Program-made: the position numbers and the translations under genes
Shown here: positions 7,687-20,003 of the stretch, piece by piece
Layout: the number at the start of each line of letters is the position of its first letter
Position numbering within the stretch: position 1 is the stretch's first letter
Assembly: GCA_965207595.1 (NCBI GenBank)
Contig: CBDBMW010000009.1
Location: 76,710-140,709, forward strand
Direction: 5' to 3'
From: Vicinamibacterales bacterium
GTDB lineage: Bacteria; Acidobacteriota; Vicinamibacteria; Vicinamibacterales; UBA8438
DNA length: 64,000 nucleotides
The notes under the pieces: model-generated
The model's input: the letters and a program-made list of their open reading frames with translations, nothing else
Database searches by the model: none
Told to the model about the DNA's origin: nothing

Positions 7687-8601
7687 GTGAGGAAGACAGT
7701 GGCGATACGAGCTTGGACGCGGTTGCTGCCTGCCCTGTTGCTCGTGCTGCTGGCGCCCGGCGTCGCCGGGGCCCAGGGCATCCTCCTGCTCGCTCACGGC
7801 GGCCGTGCCGACTGGAATCAGGAAGTCCTGGGCCTGGCGGATCGTGTCTCCTCGAGCGTGCCTGTCGAGGTGGCGTTCGGCATGGCGAACAAGCGGACCA
7901 TCCAGGAAGCACTGGGCCGGCTGGCGGAACACGACGTCACGAGCATCGTCGCGGTTCCGCTGTTCATCTCGTCGCACAGCAGCGTGATGCGGGCCACGGA
8001 GTACCTGCTGGGGAGCCGCGATGAAGCGCCGCCGCAGATGGAAGCCTTTGCCCGCATGGCCGCCCGGCGCGAGTCGGAGGGCGACGCGGCCAGCGACACC
8101 GGCTTCGACTGGACCTCGCCACTGGAGCCGGGAGTACCGATCTCGGTGGGACGGGCCCTCGACGGCCACCCTCTCGTCGCCGCGATCCTGATCTCCCGCG
8201 CCCTGGATGTCAGCGAGGCCCCCGAAGACGAGGTCGTCGTGGTGGTGGCGCACGGACCGAGCTCGGAAGCGGACAACGAGCTCTGGCTGGGACACATGGC
8301 TGTCCTGGTCGACGAAATGCGCAGCCGTACGGGCTTCAGCCGCATCGAGCACCTGACGGTCCGGGACGACGCGTCGGAACCGGTCCGCGAGCAGGCCACC
8401 GAGGAGTTGCGCGCCGTGGTCGGGGCCGCCATCGATGAGGGGAGCTCGGTGGTCATCGTACCGTTGCTCCTGTCCTACGGCGGCATCGAAGTCGGCATCC
8501 GGCGGAGGCTCGAGGGCTTGTCGTACCGCATGGCCCGTCAGGCCCTGCTGCCGGACGAGCGGCTGGCCGAGTGGGTGCTGATGCAGGTGGCCGCGCGGTA
8601 G
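7687..8601 (+). CDS. Secreted two-domain CbiX/SirB-like class II chelatase-fold protein
   Basis: Signal peptide LLPALLLVLLAPGVAGAQG. Two CbiX-like halves start at ILLLAHGGRADWN and VVVVVAHGPSSEADN, with VAVPLFIS and IVPLLLSYG strands. An alternative GTG start at 7699 has a better AGGAAG spacer. Confidence 0.7.
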   Translation: MRKTVAIRAWTRLLPALLLVLLAPGVAGAQGILLLAHGGRADWNQEVLGLADRVSSSVPVEVAFGMANKRTIQEALGRLAEHDVTSIVAVPLFISSHSSVMRATEYLLGSRDEAPPQMEAFARMAARRESEGDAASDTGFDWTSPLEPGVPISVGRALDGHPLVAAILISRALDVSEAPEDEVVVVVAHGPSSEADNELWLGHMAVLVDEMRSRTGFSRIEHLTVRDDASEPVREQATEELRAVVGAAIDEGSSVVIVPLLLSYGGIEVGIRRRLEGLSYRMARQALLPDERLAEWVLMQVAAR

Positions 8602-8667
8602 CGGCGCCCGCCGGAGCGGCCCCGCCCTCCACGCATTTCCTGCGCGCTGAAGAACGACACGGAAGAC

Positions 8668-8710
8668 GGGCGCCCCCGCGGATGGCTTGAGGAACCGCGC
8701 AGGGGCGCCC
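8668..8710 (+). terminator. GC-rich hairpin (9 bp + 2-nt bulge + 5 bp, 13-nt loop) between the CbiX-like gene and the first receptor
   Basis: GGGCGCCCCCGCGG...CCGCGCAGGGGCGCCC paired by hand. There is no U-tract, so it could be an attenuator or stabiliser rather than a terminator. Confidence 0.3.
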
Positions 8711-8764
8711 GGTGAGCACCGGCCCCGCATGGTGCGGCGCCGGAAACCCCGAGGAGTATAGGCA

Positions 8765-11116
8765 ATGCAGTTCCCACCCTGCACCGCCGCGGGCCGCCAC
8801 GCGGCTTCGGCGGCGGTCGTAGCCTTCGCGGCGCTGGGTCTCGCCCTGTCGGCCCCGGCCGCGCTGGCGCAGCCGGCCGAGCCGGCCCAAACGGCGGCTG
8901 GCGCCCAGGCGGCAACCGACCCGGTATCCCCCGGCGGCCAGGCAACCGGCGGTCCGGACGACCCTCTCACCTTTCTCGACTCCGTGACGGTGACCGCCAC
9001 CCTGCGGCCGGCGCCGGTCCGTGATACCCCCGGGATGGTGTCGGTGATCGACGACGTGGCCATCGAGGAACGGCTCGTGCAGAACATGGCCGATCTCGTC
9101 AAGTACGAGCCCGGCGTCTACGTCGAGAACAACGTGACCCGCCTCGGCCTCAACGGGTTCAACATCCGCGGCATCGGCGGCAACCGGGTGATGACCCAGG
9201 TAGACGGCGTCCAGACCTCCGAGCAATTCGACTTCGGGCCCTTCAACGTCCATCAGGTCTCGCTCGACGTCGACACGCTGAAGTCGGTCGAGATCGTCCG
9301 CAGCGCGAACTCGGCCCTCTACGGCAGCGACGCCCTGGGCGGCGTCGTGTCGCTCTTCACGAAGGACCCCGGCGACTACCTCCGGGGACGGCGCTTCCAC
9401 GCCGGCGCCAAGACGACGTGGGACGGGCGCGCCGATGGGTTGAGCGGCAACCTCTCGCTCGCCGCCGGCACCGAGCGCTTCCAGGCGTCGCTGTTCGCCA
9501 GCGCCACCCGGGGCAACGAAATCCGCAACAAGGGGACGGTGGAGACGGCCGACGACACCCGGACGGCGCCCAATCCCCAGGACCTCGTCGGCTCGCAGAT
9601 GCTGGCCAAGATCGTCTTCAACGCCTCGCCCGGCAACATGCTGCGGGCTTCCGCGGAGGTCTACGACACCCGCGTCGAGACGGCGGTCCTGTCGCAGCAG
9701 GGATCCTTGCAGTTCAGCCCGACGTTCGGCATCGACACGACGGACTACGACGCGGTCGACACCCAGGATCGGCTGCGGCTGTCGATCGACCAGACGCTCG
9801 TCGACCGCGGCGGCTTCGACCAGCTCTCGTGGCGCATCTACGGCCAACGGAACGACACCTCGCAGGTCGTCGACGATGCCCGCACGACGTTCGGCTTCGG
9901 GCCGCCGATGGGGTCGCTGCGCCATGGCACCGTCGACTTCGACCAGGCCGGGTACGGCACCTCGGCGCAGGGTCAGAAGTGGCTCGGCGACCCGGACGGC
10001 GGCGTCCTGTTCAGCTTCGGCGCCGCCTACAAGACGGATCACTTCGACGTCCTGCGGGATGCGCGCGAGGTCAACGCTCGCTCCGGCGCCGTGATCCCGT
10101 CCCGGCTGATCTATCCCACGAAGTACTTCCCGGAGAGCGACGTCGCCGAGGCCGGAGCGTATCTGCAGGGCGAGATCCAGCTCGGTCGTCTCACGCTGGT
10201 GCCGGGCGTGCGCTACGACCACTTCACCCTCGACGCCGACCAGGCTGACTCCGTCTTCCTGGCGAGCCTCAACCCGGTGCCCGCCGACTTCTCGGCGGAC
10301 GCCGTCTCGCCGAAGTTCGGCATCGCGGCGCGCCTGAACGACGTCGTCACCGTGCACGCGCAGTATGCGGGCGGCTTCCGGGCGCCGCCCTACAGCAACA
10401 TCAACACCGGCTTCACGAACTTCCGCGGCGGCTACACGACGCTGCCGAATGCGGCGCTGCGCGCGGAGACGAGCGACAACGTCGAGGTCGGCATCCGCTC
10501 CGCGTTCGCCCGCGCCAGCTTCGACCTGACGACGTTCCTCAACTACTACGACGATTTTATCGAGCTGACCAGCCTCGGCTTCAATCCCCGAACGAGGCTG
10601 CTCGAGTTCCAGAGCCAGAACCTCGAGCAGGCGGAGATCAGGGGGGTCGAGATGCGCGGCGAGGCCTACCTCAGCGACAGCGTGACCCTGCGCGGGAGCT
10701 ACGCCCACATCCGCGGCGTCGCCATCACGAAGGACGTCACGGTGCCGCCGCTGGCGCAGGAAACGCCGCTCGGATCCGTCGCCCCGAACGAGGGCGTCCT
10801 CGGTCTCCGCTACGTCCGGCCCTCCGGCCGCTGGGGCGGCGAGGTCTCCGTCCGCATGGTCGAGTCGTACCAGCAGGTCGCAATAGACGGGGTCGACGAC
10901 GATCAGTTCTCGCCGGACGGGTACGCGATCGTCGACCTCATCGGGTTCGCCTCGCTCATGGAGGACCTGACGTTCCGGCTCGGCCTGCTGAACCTGACCG
11001 ACGCCAAGTACTTCGAGTGGTGGAACGTGCGGGGACGGCCGGCGGACGACCCGGTCATCGACCGCTACTCGAGCCCGGGAATCAGCCTGGTCGCCTCACT
11101 GGGGTACGACTGGTAG
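8765..11116 (+). CDS. TonB-dependent heme/hemoglobin-type outer-membrane receptor (copy 1)
   Basis: Signal peptide, then a plug (DSVTVTATLRPAPVRDTPGMVSVID...). FRAP box and NPNL-like box (GFRAPPYS...LPNAALRAE). C-terminal SLGYDW. GAGGAG lies before the ATG. Confidence 0.9.
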   Translation: MQFPPCTAAGRHAASAAVVAFAALGLALSAPAALAQPAEPAQTAAGAQAATDPVSPGGQATGGPDDPLTFLDSVTVTATLRPAPVRDTPGMVSVIDDVAIEERLVQNMADLVKYEPGVYVENNVTRLGLNGFNIRGIGGNRVMTQVDGVQTSEQFDFGPFNVHQVSLDVDTLKSVEIVRSANSALYGSDALGGVVSLFTKDPGDYLRGRRFHAGAKTTWDGRADGLSGNLSLAAGTERFQASLFASATRGNEIRNKGTVETADDTRTAPNPQDLVGSQMLAKIVFNASPGNMLRASAEVYDTRVETAVLSQQGSLQFSPTFGIDTTDYDAVDTQDRLRLSIDQTLVDRGGFDQLSWRIYGQRNDTSQVVDDARTTFGFGPPMGSLRHGTVDFDQAGYGTSAQGQKWLGDPDGGVLFSFGAAYKTDHFDVLRDAREVNARSGAVIPSRLIYPTKYFPESDVAEAGAYLQGEIQLGRLTLVPGVRYDHFTLDADQADSVFLASLNPVPADFSADAVSPKFGIAARLNDVVTVHAQYAGGFRAPPYSNINTGFTNFRGGYTTLPNAALRAETSDNVEVGIRSAFARASFDLTTFLNYYDDFIELTSLGFNPRTRLLEFQSQNLEQAEIRGVEMRGEAYLSDSVTLRGSYAHIRGVAITKDVTVPPLAQETPLGSVAPNEGVLGLRYVRPSGRWGGEVSVRMVESYQQVAIDGVDDDQFSPDGYAIVDLIGFASLMEDLTFRLGLLNLTDAKYFEWWNVRGRPADDPVIDRYSSPGISLVASLGYDW

Positions 11117-11122
11117 CAACCC

Positions 11123-11155
11123 GCCGCCGGCGCGACTCGACGTCGCGCCGGCGGC
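11123..11155 (+). terminator. Perfect 14-bp GC stem / 5-nt loop hairpin between the two receptor paralogues
   Basis: GCCGCCGGCGCGAC-TCGAC-GTCGCGCCGGCGGC starts 7 nt after the TAG of copy 1. Coordinates verified against the 11194 start. Confidence 0.5.
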
Positions 11156-11193
11156 GTCTGGCCAACCAGCGGCGACCTGTAGGACCATGAAGC

Positions 11194-13644
11194 ATGCACC
11201 TCGCCGCCCGCCCGCACGCGCCGCACCGTGCCCGGCGCCGTTCCGGCCTTTGCCTGGTCCGCCTCGCAGCGGTCGCGGTCTCCCTGACCATCCCGCTGCC
11301 TGACGGAGCCCCAGGAGTCTGGGCCGCAGAACCGGCGACGCGCGACGCTCGCGCCCGCGCAGACTCCCACCGCGCCCGTCAGGGCGCGCGGGCGCAGGAC
11401 CGGACCGGCACGGAGACCGACGACGCCCGACCGGCCGATGCTCCCCCCGTCGCGCCGACGCCGGACGCTCCGCCACCGGATGACGCCGTCTCGACCACCG
11501 ATCCGCTGACGTTTCTCGATTCCGTGACCGTCACCGCGACGCTTCGCCCAGCCCCCGTGCGGGAGACGCCGGGCGTGGTCTCGGTCATCGACGAGGAGGC
11601 GATCCAGGAACGACTGATCCAGAACGCGGCCGACCTCGTGAAGTACGAGCCGGGCGTCTACGTCGAGAGCAACGTCACCCGGCTGGGCCTCAACGGCTTC
11701 AACATCCGCGGAATCGGCGGGAATCGCGTCCTCACCCGCATCGACGGCGTCGAGACGTCGGAGCAGTTCGACTTCGGGCCCTTCAACGTCCACCAGGTGT
11801 CGTTCGATGTCGATGCCCTGAAGTCGGTCGAGATCGTGCGCAGCGCGAATTCCGCCCTCTACGGCAGCGACGCGCTCGGCGGCGTCGTCTCGCTGTTCAC
11901 GAAGGATCCCGCGGACTACCTCCGCGGCCGGCGCTTCCATGCCGGGGCCAAGACCACGTGGGACGGCCGCGCGGACACCCTGAGCGGCAACGCGGCCCTG
12001 GCCGGGGGCGGGGAGCGGCTGCAGGCATCGCTCTTCGCCAGCACCTCCCGCGGAGGGGAGATTCGGAACCAGGGGACCGTCCACACGCAGGACGCCACCC
12101 GCACGGCGCCCAACCCGCAGCAGCTCGCCGCCTCCCAGGCGCTGGCCAAGGTCGTGTTCACCGCCGCCCCCGGCAACGTGCTGCGGGCGGCGGCGGAGGT
12201 CTACGACACGCGCGTCGAGACCGAGGTCCTCTCCCAGCAGGGCCTCGTCGAGTTCGGGCCCGCGATCGGCATCGACACCAAGGACGTCGACGCAGTCGAC
12301 ACCCAGGACCGCCTCCGGCTCTCGCTCGATCACACGCTCGCGGGGCGCGTCGGGCTCGATCTGCTCACCTGGCGCGTCCACCGCCAGCGCAGCGACACCG
12401 CGCAGGTGGTCGACGACCGCCGCTCGATCCGCGGCTTCGGGTCGCCGGTCGAGGCGGCACGGCACGGCACGGTCGACTTCGACCAGGCGGGCGCCGGCGG
12501 CTCGGTGCAGGCGCAGAGGCGGCTCGGGGACGCCGACGGCGGCATGCTGCTCACGTTCGGGGCCAGCTACAAGACCGACCACTTCGACGTCCTGCGCGAC
12601 GCCGTCGAGATCGACGTCGCCACCGGAGCCGAGATCCCGCCGCGGCAGACCTACCCGACCAAGTACTTCCCCGAGAGCGACGTGGTCGAGGCGGGATCCT
12701 ACGTCCAGGGCGAGATCCAGCTCGGCCGGCTCACGCTCGTGCCGGGGGTGCGCTACGACCGGTTCACGCTCGACGCCGACCAGGACGACCCGATCTTCCT
12801 GGCGAGCTTCAACCCGGAGCCGGCGGACTTCGCCGCGCACGCCGTATCCCCGAAGGTGGGCGCCGCCGCGCGCCTGACGGACGTCGTCACCGTGCACGCC
12901 CGCTACGCGGCGGGGTTCCGCGCGCCGCCGTACAGCACCGTCAACACCGGCTTCACGAGCTTCAGCGCCGGCTACACGACACTGCCGAACCCGAGCCTGC
13001 GGGCCGAGAAGAGCGACAACCTGGAGGTCGGCGTCCGCACCGCCTTCGCGCGGGCGAGCCTCGACGTCACCGCGTTCGTCAACCGCTACGACGACTTCAT
13101 CGAGCTGGCCAGCGTCGGCATCAATTCCGCGACCCGGCTGCTCGAGTTCCAGAGCCGCAACGTGGAGCGGGCGGAGATTGCGGGCCTCGAGGTGCGCGGC
13201 GAGGCCTACCTGACCGGAACCCTGATGCTGCGCGGCAGCTATGCGCGGATCGACGGGGTGTCGCTCTCGACCACCGCCTCCGGCTCGCCCTTCGGCGAGG
13301 CGCCGCTCGGCTCCATCGCCCCGAGCGAGGGCCAGGTCGGCATCCGCTACGTCCATCCCCGCGGCCGCTGGGGAGGGGAGCTCTCCGCGCGGCTGGTGGA
13401 GGGCTACGGCCAGTCGGATGCCGGCGACAACCAGTTCGCGCCCGACGCCTACCAGGTCGTCGACCTCGTGGGCTTCGCATCGCTCCGCGACGCGCTCACC
13501 CTGCGTCTGGGGCTGCTCAATCTGACGGACGCAAGGTACTTCGAGTGGTGGAACGTGCGGGGACGCCTTCCCGGCGACCCGGCCATCGACCGCTACTCCA
13601 GCCCGGGGACGAGCGCCGTCGCGTCCCTGGCGTACGACTGGTAG
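11194..13644 (+). CDS. TonB-dependent heme/hemoglobin-type outer-membrane receptor (copy 2, tandem paralogue)
   Basis: Long identical runs with copy 1 (DPLTFLDSVTVTATLRPAPVR, LGLNGFNIRGIGGNRV, SANSALYGSDALGGVVSLFTKDP). FRAP and LPNPSL boxes. C-terminal SLAYDW. Confidence 0.9.
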   Translation: MHLAARPHAPHRARRRSGLCLVRLAAVAVSLTIPLPDGAPGVWAAEPATRDARARADSHRARQGARAQDRTGTETDDARPADAPPVAPTPDAPPPDDAVSTTDPLTFLDSVTVTATLRPAPVRETPGVVSVIDEEAIQERLIQNAADLVKYEPGVYVESNVTRLGLNGFNIRGIGGNRVLTRIDGVETSEQFDFGPFNVHQVSFDVDALKSVEIVRSANSALYGSDALGGVVSLFTKDPADYLRGRRFHAGAKTTWDGRADTLSGNAALAGGGERLQASLFASTSRGGEIRNQGTVHTQDATRTAPNPQQLAASQALAKVVFTAAPGNVLRAAAEVYDTRVETEVLSQQGLVEFGPAIGIDTKDVDAVDTQDRLRLSLDHTLAGRVGLDLLTWRVHRQRSDTAQVVDDRRSIRGFGSPVEAARHGTVDFDQAGAGGSVQAQRRLGDADGGMLLTFGASYKTDHFDVLRDAVEIDVATGAEIPPRQTYPTKYFPESDVVEAGSYVQGEIQLGRLTLVPGVRYDRFTLDADQDDPIFLASFNPEPADFAAHAVSPKVGAAARLTDVVTVHARYAAGFRAPPYSTVNTGFTSFSAGYTTLPNPSLRAEKSDNLEVGVRTAFARASLDVTAFVNRYDDFIELASVGINSATRLLEFQSRNVERAEIAGLEVRGEAYLTGTLMLRGSYARIDGVSLSTTASGSPFGEAPLGSIAPSEGQVGIRYVHPRGRWGGELSARLVEGYGQSDAGDNQFAPDAYQVVDLVGFASLRDALTLRLGLLNLTDARYFEWWNVRGRLPGDPAIDRYSSPGTSAVASLAYDW

Positions 13645-13796
13645 CCGAGCTCGCCGCGGACCTGCGCGGAAACCCGGCCGTTGGCTGGAAGGCCGCCGGC
13701 CGCTACCGCGGCGAGTACGCGCCGTCCGCGGCTCCCTGCGGGAGCGCTGCGGGCCGTAGGGGCGCCTGAGCGACGCTGCGGGCGGGGCCGAGCGCG

Positions 13797-15425
13797 TCAG
13801 CCCGCGGCGGCCGGGAAGTAGCGGCGCAGCGTCGCCGCCCCCGGCCCCGGGGTCAGCCGCGACACGACGAACATCAGCAGCGACGAGCCGATGAGCATCG
13901 GCAGGACGGGCATGTAGCCGAGCACCGCGGTGCCGCCGGGCGTGCGCGTGATCAGGTCCAGCCCGCCGAGGGTCCAGATCGGGACCACGGTGCCCGGCGG
14001 CGGCGCCGGAACGACCGCCTGCAGGATCGCCACCGCCGTCATCGTCGCCGCCGTCCACAGCACGACGGCGAGCGCGCCCCACTTCGTGCTGCCCCGCCAG
14101 AAGAGCGCCGCCACGAGGAGCGGCAGCAGCGTCGTGAACCCGGAGAAGGCGTACTGCACCGCGATGCCGAAGATGCCGGGCGGTGCCTGGAGCGCGATCG
14201 CGTAGGCCACGAGCGCGATCAGCACCACGAACAGCCGCCCCGTCTGTACCTGCACCGCGGAGCCGAAGCGCGACTTGCCGCCGTAGTAGGCGAAGACGTC
14301 CTCGGTGAACATCGTCGACAGGGCCAGGATCTGCGAGTCGCTGGCCATCACCGCGGCCATGATGCCCGCGCCGAGCAGCCCCGCCAGCCACAGCGGCGCG
14401 TAGTGCTCCAGCATCAGGATGATGACGTCGTCGCCGGCCGCCGCGCGCTGCAGCTCGGCCGTCTCCGCCGGCGTCCGCCCGCCCGGGTCCGCCGCGAGCT
14501 CCGCCCGCGCCTCCAGCTTCGACTCGATGCCCGGAACGTCGGTCATCGCGTTGGCGGCCAGGCCGAGGAACGTGCAGGGCAACCAGATGGCCAGGATGCA
14601 GAGGGGGTAGAAGATGACCGTCTTTCGGAACTGCCCCATCCGGCGCGCGGTGAGACAGAAGATGGAGATGTGCGGGAACATGATCGTCGACAGCGGGATC
14701 AGCATGTAGCTGAAGAAGAACCGCGGCGAGATCTGCTCCCGCGTCAGGAGCGGCGCCGACTCGGGATTGCCCGCGAGGCGCTCCATCGCGGCCGGGAACC
14801 CGCCGATGCTGACGCCGATGAAGAGGATGGCGGCGGCCCCGAACGTGAGGAACAGCACGGTCTGGAACGTGTTGACCCACGCCGTGCCCCGCATGCCGCC
14901 GAAGAACACGTAGCTCATGACGACGGCGGCCACGATCAGCCCCCCGAACCAGTACGGCACCACGCCCCCGCTGACCGCGTTCAGCACGGTGCCGCCCCCC
15001 ATCACCGCGATCACGATGTAGGGCACGAGCAGCGTCGCCTGGACGGCGAAGATGGCGGTTCCGATGTGCCCGCACTCCCATCGGTCGCGGTACATCTGCA
15101 CCGGCGTCATGAAGCCGTGGCGCTTGCCGAGCGCCCACACGCGCGTCCCGAACAGGTAGAGCGTGATCGGAATCAGGAACGCCGACGACGACCCCATCAG
15201 GCCGTAGGTCACCACGCCGTTCGCGAACGCGTGGCCGGCCGACCCGAGGATGGTGAACGCCGTCATGTTGGTGCCGAAGAGCGACAGCAGGAAGACGTAC
15301 TGGCCGAGCGAGCGGTTGGCGAGGAAGTAGCCCTCGGCGCCGCCGCCCCCCGGACGCCGGAACGCGAAGATGCCGATGTAGAGGACGACGCAGAGATACA
15401 GGAAGACCACCAGCGCGGGGATCAC
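13797..15425 (-). CDS. Sodium:solute symporter family (SSF) transporter
   Basis: GTG at 15425 ([24 protein letters not shown]...YFLANRSLG), about 13 hydrophobic segments. The longer ORF to 15821 is an Arg-rich extension. The GTGA overlaps the upstream DUF3311 stop. Confidence 0.85.
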   Translation of the reverse strand: MIPALVVFLYLCVVLYIGIFAFRRPGGGGAEGYFLANRSLGQYVFLLSLFGTNMTAFTILGSAGHAFANGVVTYGLMGSSSAFLIPITLYLFGTRVWALGKRHGFMTPVQMYRDRWECGHIGTAIFAVQATLLVPYIVIAVMGGGTVLNAVSGGVVPYWFGGLIVAAVVMSYVFFGGMRGTAWVNTFQTVLFLTFGAAAILFIGVSIGGFPAAMERLAGNPESAPLLTREQISPRFFFSYMLIPLSTIMFPHISIFCLTARRMGQFRKTVIFYPLCILAIWLPCTFLGLAANAMTDVPGIESKLEARAELAADPGGRTPAETAELQRAAAGDDVIILMLEHYAPLWLAGLLGAGIMAAVMASDSQILALSTMFTEDVFAYYGGKSRFGSAVQVQTGRLFVVLIALVAYAIALQAPPGIFGIAVQYAFSGFTTLLPLLVAALFWRGSTKWGALAVVLWTAATMTAVAILQAVVPAPPPGTVVPIWTLGGLDLITRTPGGTAVLGYMPVLPMLIGSSLLMFVVSRLTPGPGAATLRRYFPAAAG

Positions 15426-15676
15426 GTGCGCGCCTCCTCCGGCGGCTCCTCGTCGGCCGCATCGCCCGCCTCCAGCGGCGCCTCCAGGTGCGCGGGCCAG
15501 GCGTAGCGCACCAGCGCCCACATCAGCCCGGCCACGGCGAGCGAGTAGACCCCGTGGTAGAAGAGCCCGATGGGGAGGAATCCGAACACGAGCGGCCGCG
15601 CCGAATCCCAGAACCAGACGTCCTGGTGCAGCAGGTAGAGCGCGGCGACGGCGGCGGCGAGCAGCCAGTTCCTCAT
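15422..15676 (-). CDS. DUF3311-like small membrane subunit commonly preceding SSF transporters
   Basis: [41 protein letters not shown]... has two TM helices. It is translationally coupled to the symporter. Confidence 0.65.
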   Translation of the reverse strand: MRNWLLAAAVAALYLLHQDVWFWDSARPLVFGFLPIGLFYHGVYSLAVAGLMWALVRYAWPAHLEAPLEAGDAADEEPPEEART

Positions 15677-15942
15677 GGGCTTGCGCGGGCTGGTGCCGGG
15701 CAAGAATACACCGGCCGCCCCGACGCCGCCCGCCGTGGGCAGCGGCAGCGACGCGACAGGTCCGCGCGAATCCCCGCCGGCTCATCCCGGCTCGGGCCGC
15801 GCCGGCGCGCGGCGCCGGCAAGGGGCGCAGGTGCCGCCGCGCGGCTTGTCAGCCGGGCGCCACGCACCGGACAATACTGGCGCCAGCGGTCCCGGCAGGG
15901 GCCGGCGACCCCGTTTCCAGGCCATCCAAGGAGATCAGTCGC

Positions 15943-16398
15943 ATGACGTGGACGTTGTTCGTGCTCGGAGCAGCCCTGTCGTGGGGCGCCTACGGCGCCA
16001 CCCTGCACACCGGCCAGGCGCAGCTCGGCAGCGGCCTGCGCGCCCTGCTCTGCGTCGGTATCGCCTACTTCCTGATCGCGGTCGTGATCCCGGTCATCAC
16101 CCTCGGCAGCCAGGGGCAGCTCGGCGCGAGCGGCTTCAACGCGTCGGGGACGACGTGGGCCATCGGCGCCGGCGCGCTCGGGGCCATCGGCGCGGCGTGC
16201 ATCACGTTCTCGTTCATCACCGGCGGCCGTCCGCTCTACGTCATGCCGCTCGTCTTCGGAGGCGCGCCGCTCATCAACGTCCTCGTCTCGATGGTGCTCC
16301 ACCCGCCCAAGGAGGCCCCGAGCCCGATGCTCTACCTCGGGTTCCTCATCACGGCGGCGGGCGCGGCGATTGTCCTCTACAACCGGCCACCGGCATGA
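15943..16398 (+). CDS. Small polytopic membrane protein (EamA-half-like), function unknown
   Basis: 151-aa ORF with 4-5 hydrophobic helices and high GC3. No specific motif recognised. Confidence 0.5.
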   Translation: MTWTLFVLGAALSWGAYGATLHTGQAQLGSGLRALLCVGIAYFLIAVVIPVITLGSQGQLGASGFNASGTTWAIGAGALGAIGAACITFSFITGGRPLYVMPLVFGGAPLINVLVSMVLHPPKEAPSPMLYLGFLITAAGAAIVLYNRPPA

Positions 16399-16552
16399 CA
16401 TCGGCCGCCGCCATCACACCAGCCGCCATCACTCCAGTCGCCGCCGGGCTCACGTGCGGGGATGATCGGGCGCGCCCTCACGGGCGCGTCGGGTGTCCGC
16501 GCGGGCTCGTGGCCTCCCGCGCCGCCCATCCGTGGCGCAGACTCGGGGCGTG

Positions 16553-19052
<2,500 letters not shown>

Positions 19053-19098
19053 GCACGGGCGTGGGTGCTTCGCGCAAGCGCGGGCTCCGAGCGCACCG

Positions 19099-19884
19099 TC
19101 AGGGGGCGCCTGCGGCCCGGAGTATCCGGTCGCGGTCCTGGGCCGGGAGGTACTTGACCGCCTCGCGCCGGGTCACCCCGGACGCGCGTCCGGCGCGCGG
19201 CAGCAGCCAGTCGACGACGAGCGCCGGGCGCTTCTTCCCCAGCTCGCGCAGCACCCAGCCGATCGCCTTGCGGATGAAGAACTCGCGCTCGTCGAGCATC
19301 GCGTCGGCGTAGCGGCTGAAGCGCGGGAAGTCACCTCCGCCGCGGCGGAGGGGCGGAAGCAGCGCCAGCAGCGCCGAGCGGCGCACCCAGAAGTCCGGGT
19401 CGCCGGCCCAGCGATCGAGCGCCGACCCGAGCTCCGGCAGGCGCTCCACGAGCGCGCCGGCGACCGGGATGGCGAGCCAGTCGACGAGCGCCCAGGTGCC
19501 CGACTGCCGGATGAAGCGCTCAACGAGGGCCAGATCGGCCGGTTGCAGCAGCGCGGTGTGCCGATCCAGGAGATCGATGGCGGCGCAACGCCGCTCGTGC
19601 ACCGGCGGCGCCCAGAGCGCGCGCGCCGCCGCGAGCGCCCGACGCCGGTCCAGCAGGCGCGCCGGCCCTGCGGATTCCGCGCGCTCCGTCGAGCCCGCTC
19701 GCTCTTCCAGTACGGCGCCCACGATCTGCCGGATGCCCGGCCGACCGACGCCGTAGAAGGTCAGGTCGCTCTTGAGGTAGCGCTTCTCGCCCTCGGCGCG
19801 CTCCTGGACGCCGGCCCGGCGCAGCCGCGCACCGACGGCCGCGGCGAAGTCCGCCGCCGAGGGACGGGCACGTTTCGCCGACAT
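19099..19884 (-). CDS. DNA alkylation repair protein (AlkD-like HEAT-repeat family)
   Basis: EKRYLKSDLTFYGV and FFIRKAIGWVLRELGK are motifs typical of the DNA alkylation repair enzyme family. Confidence 0.8.
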   Translation of the reverse strand: MSAKRARPSAADFAAAVGARLRRAGVQERAEGEKRYLKSDLTFYGVGRPGIRQIVGAVLEERAGSTERAESAGPARLLDRRRALAAARALWAPPVHERRCAAIDLLDRHTALLQPADLALVERFIRQSGTWALVDWLAIPVAGALVERLPELGSALDRWAGDPDFWVRRSALLALLPPLRRGGGDFPRFSRYADAMLDEREFFIRKAIGWVLRELGKKRPALVVDWLLPRAGRASGVTRREAVKYLPAQDRDRILRAAGAP

Positions 19885-20003
19885 CGCAACTCGCTCGATC
19901 GCGGTGCGCCCCGGGACTCGGAGTCGCTACCGCTACCCTGCAGACTCGTTGGGGTCGGCGCCGGCGCGAGACTCTGGCGTCGCCCGATCTGCGGCGCAAG
20001 CTC

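Noticed and set aside
11065-15462. 1465-aa minus-strand ORF, the longest in the track
   Set aside because: It runs antisense to TonB receptor copy 2 and out of frame through the symporter. Its composition is dominated by Arg/Gly/Ala/Pro, with no motifs. It is a typical shadow ORF of very GC-rich DNA.
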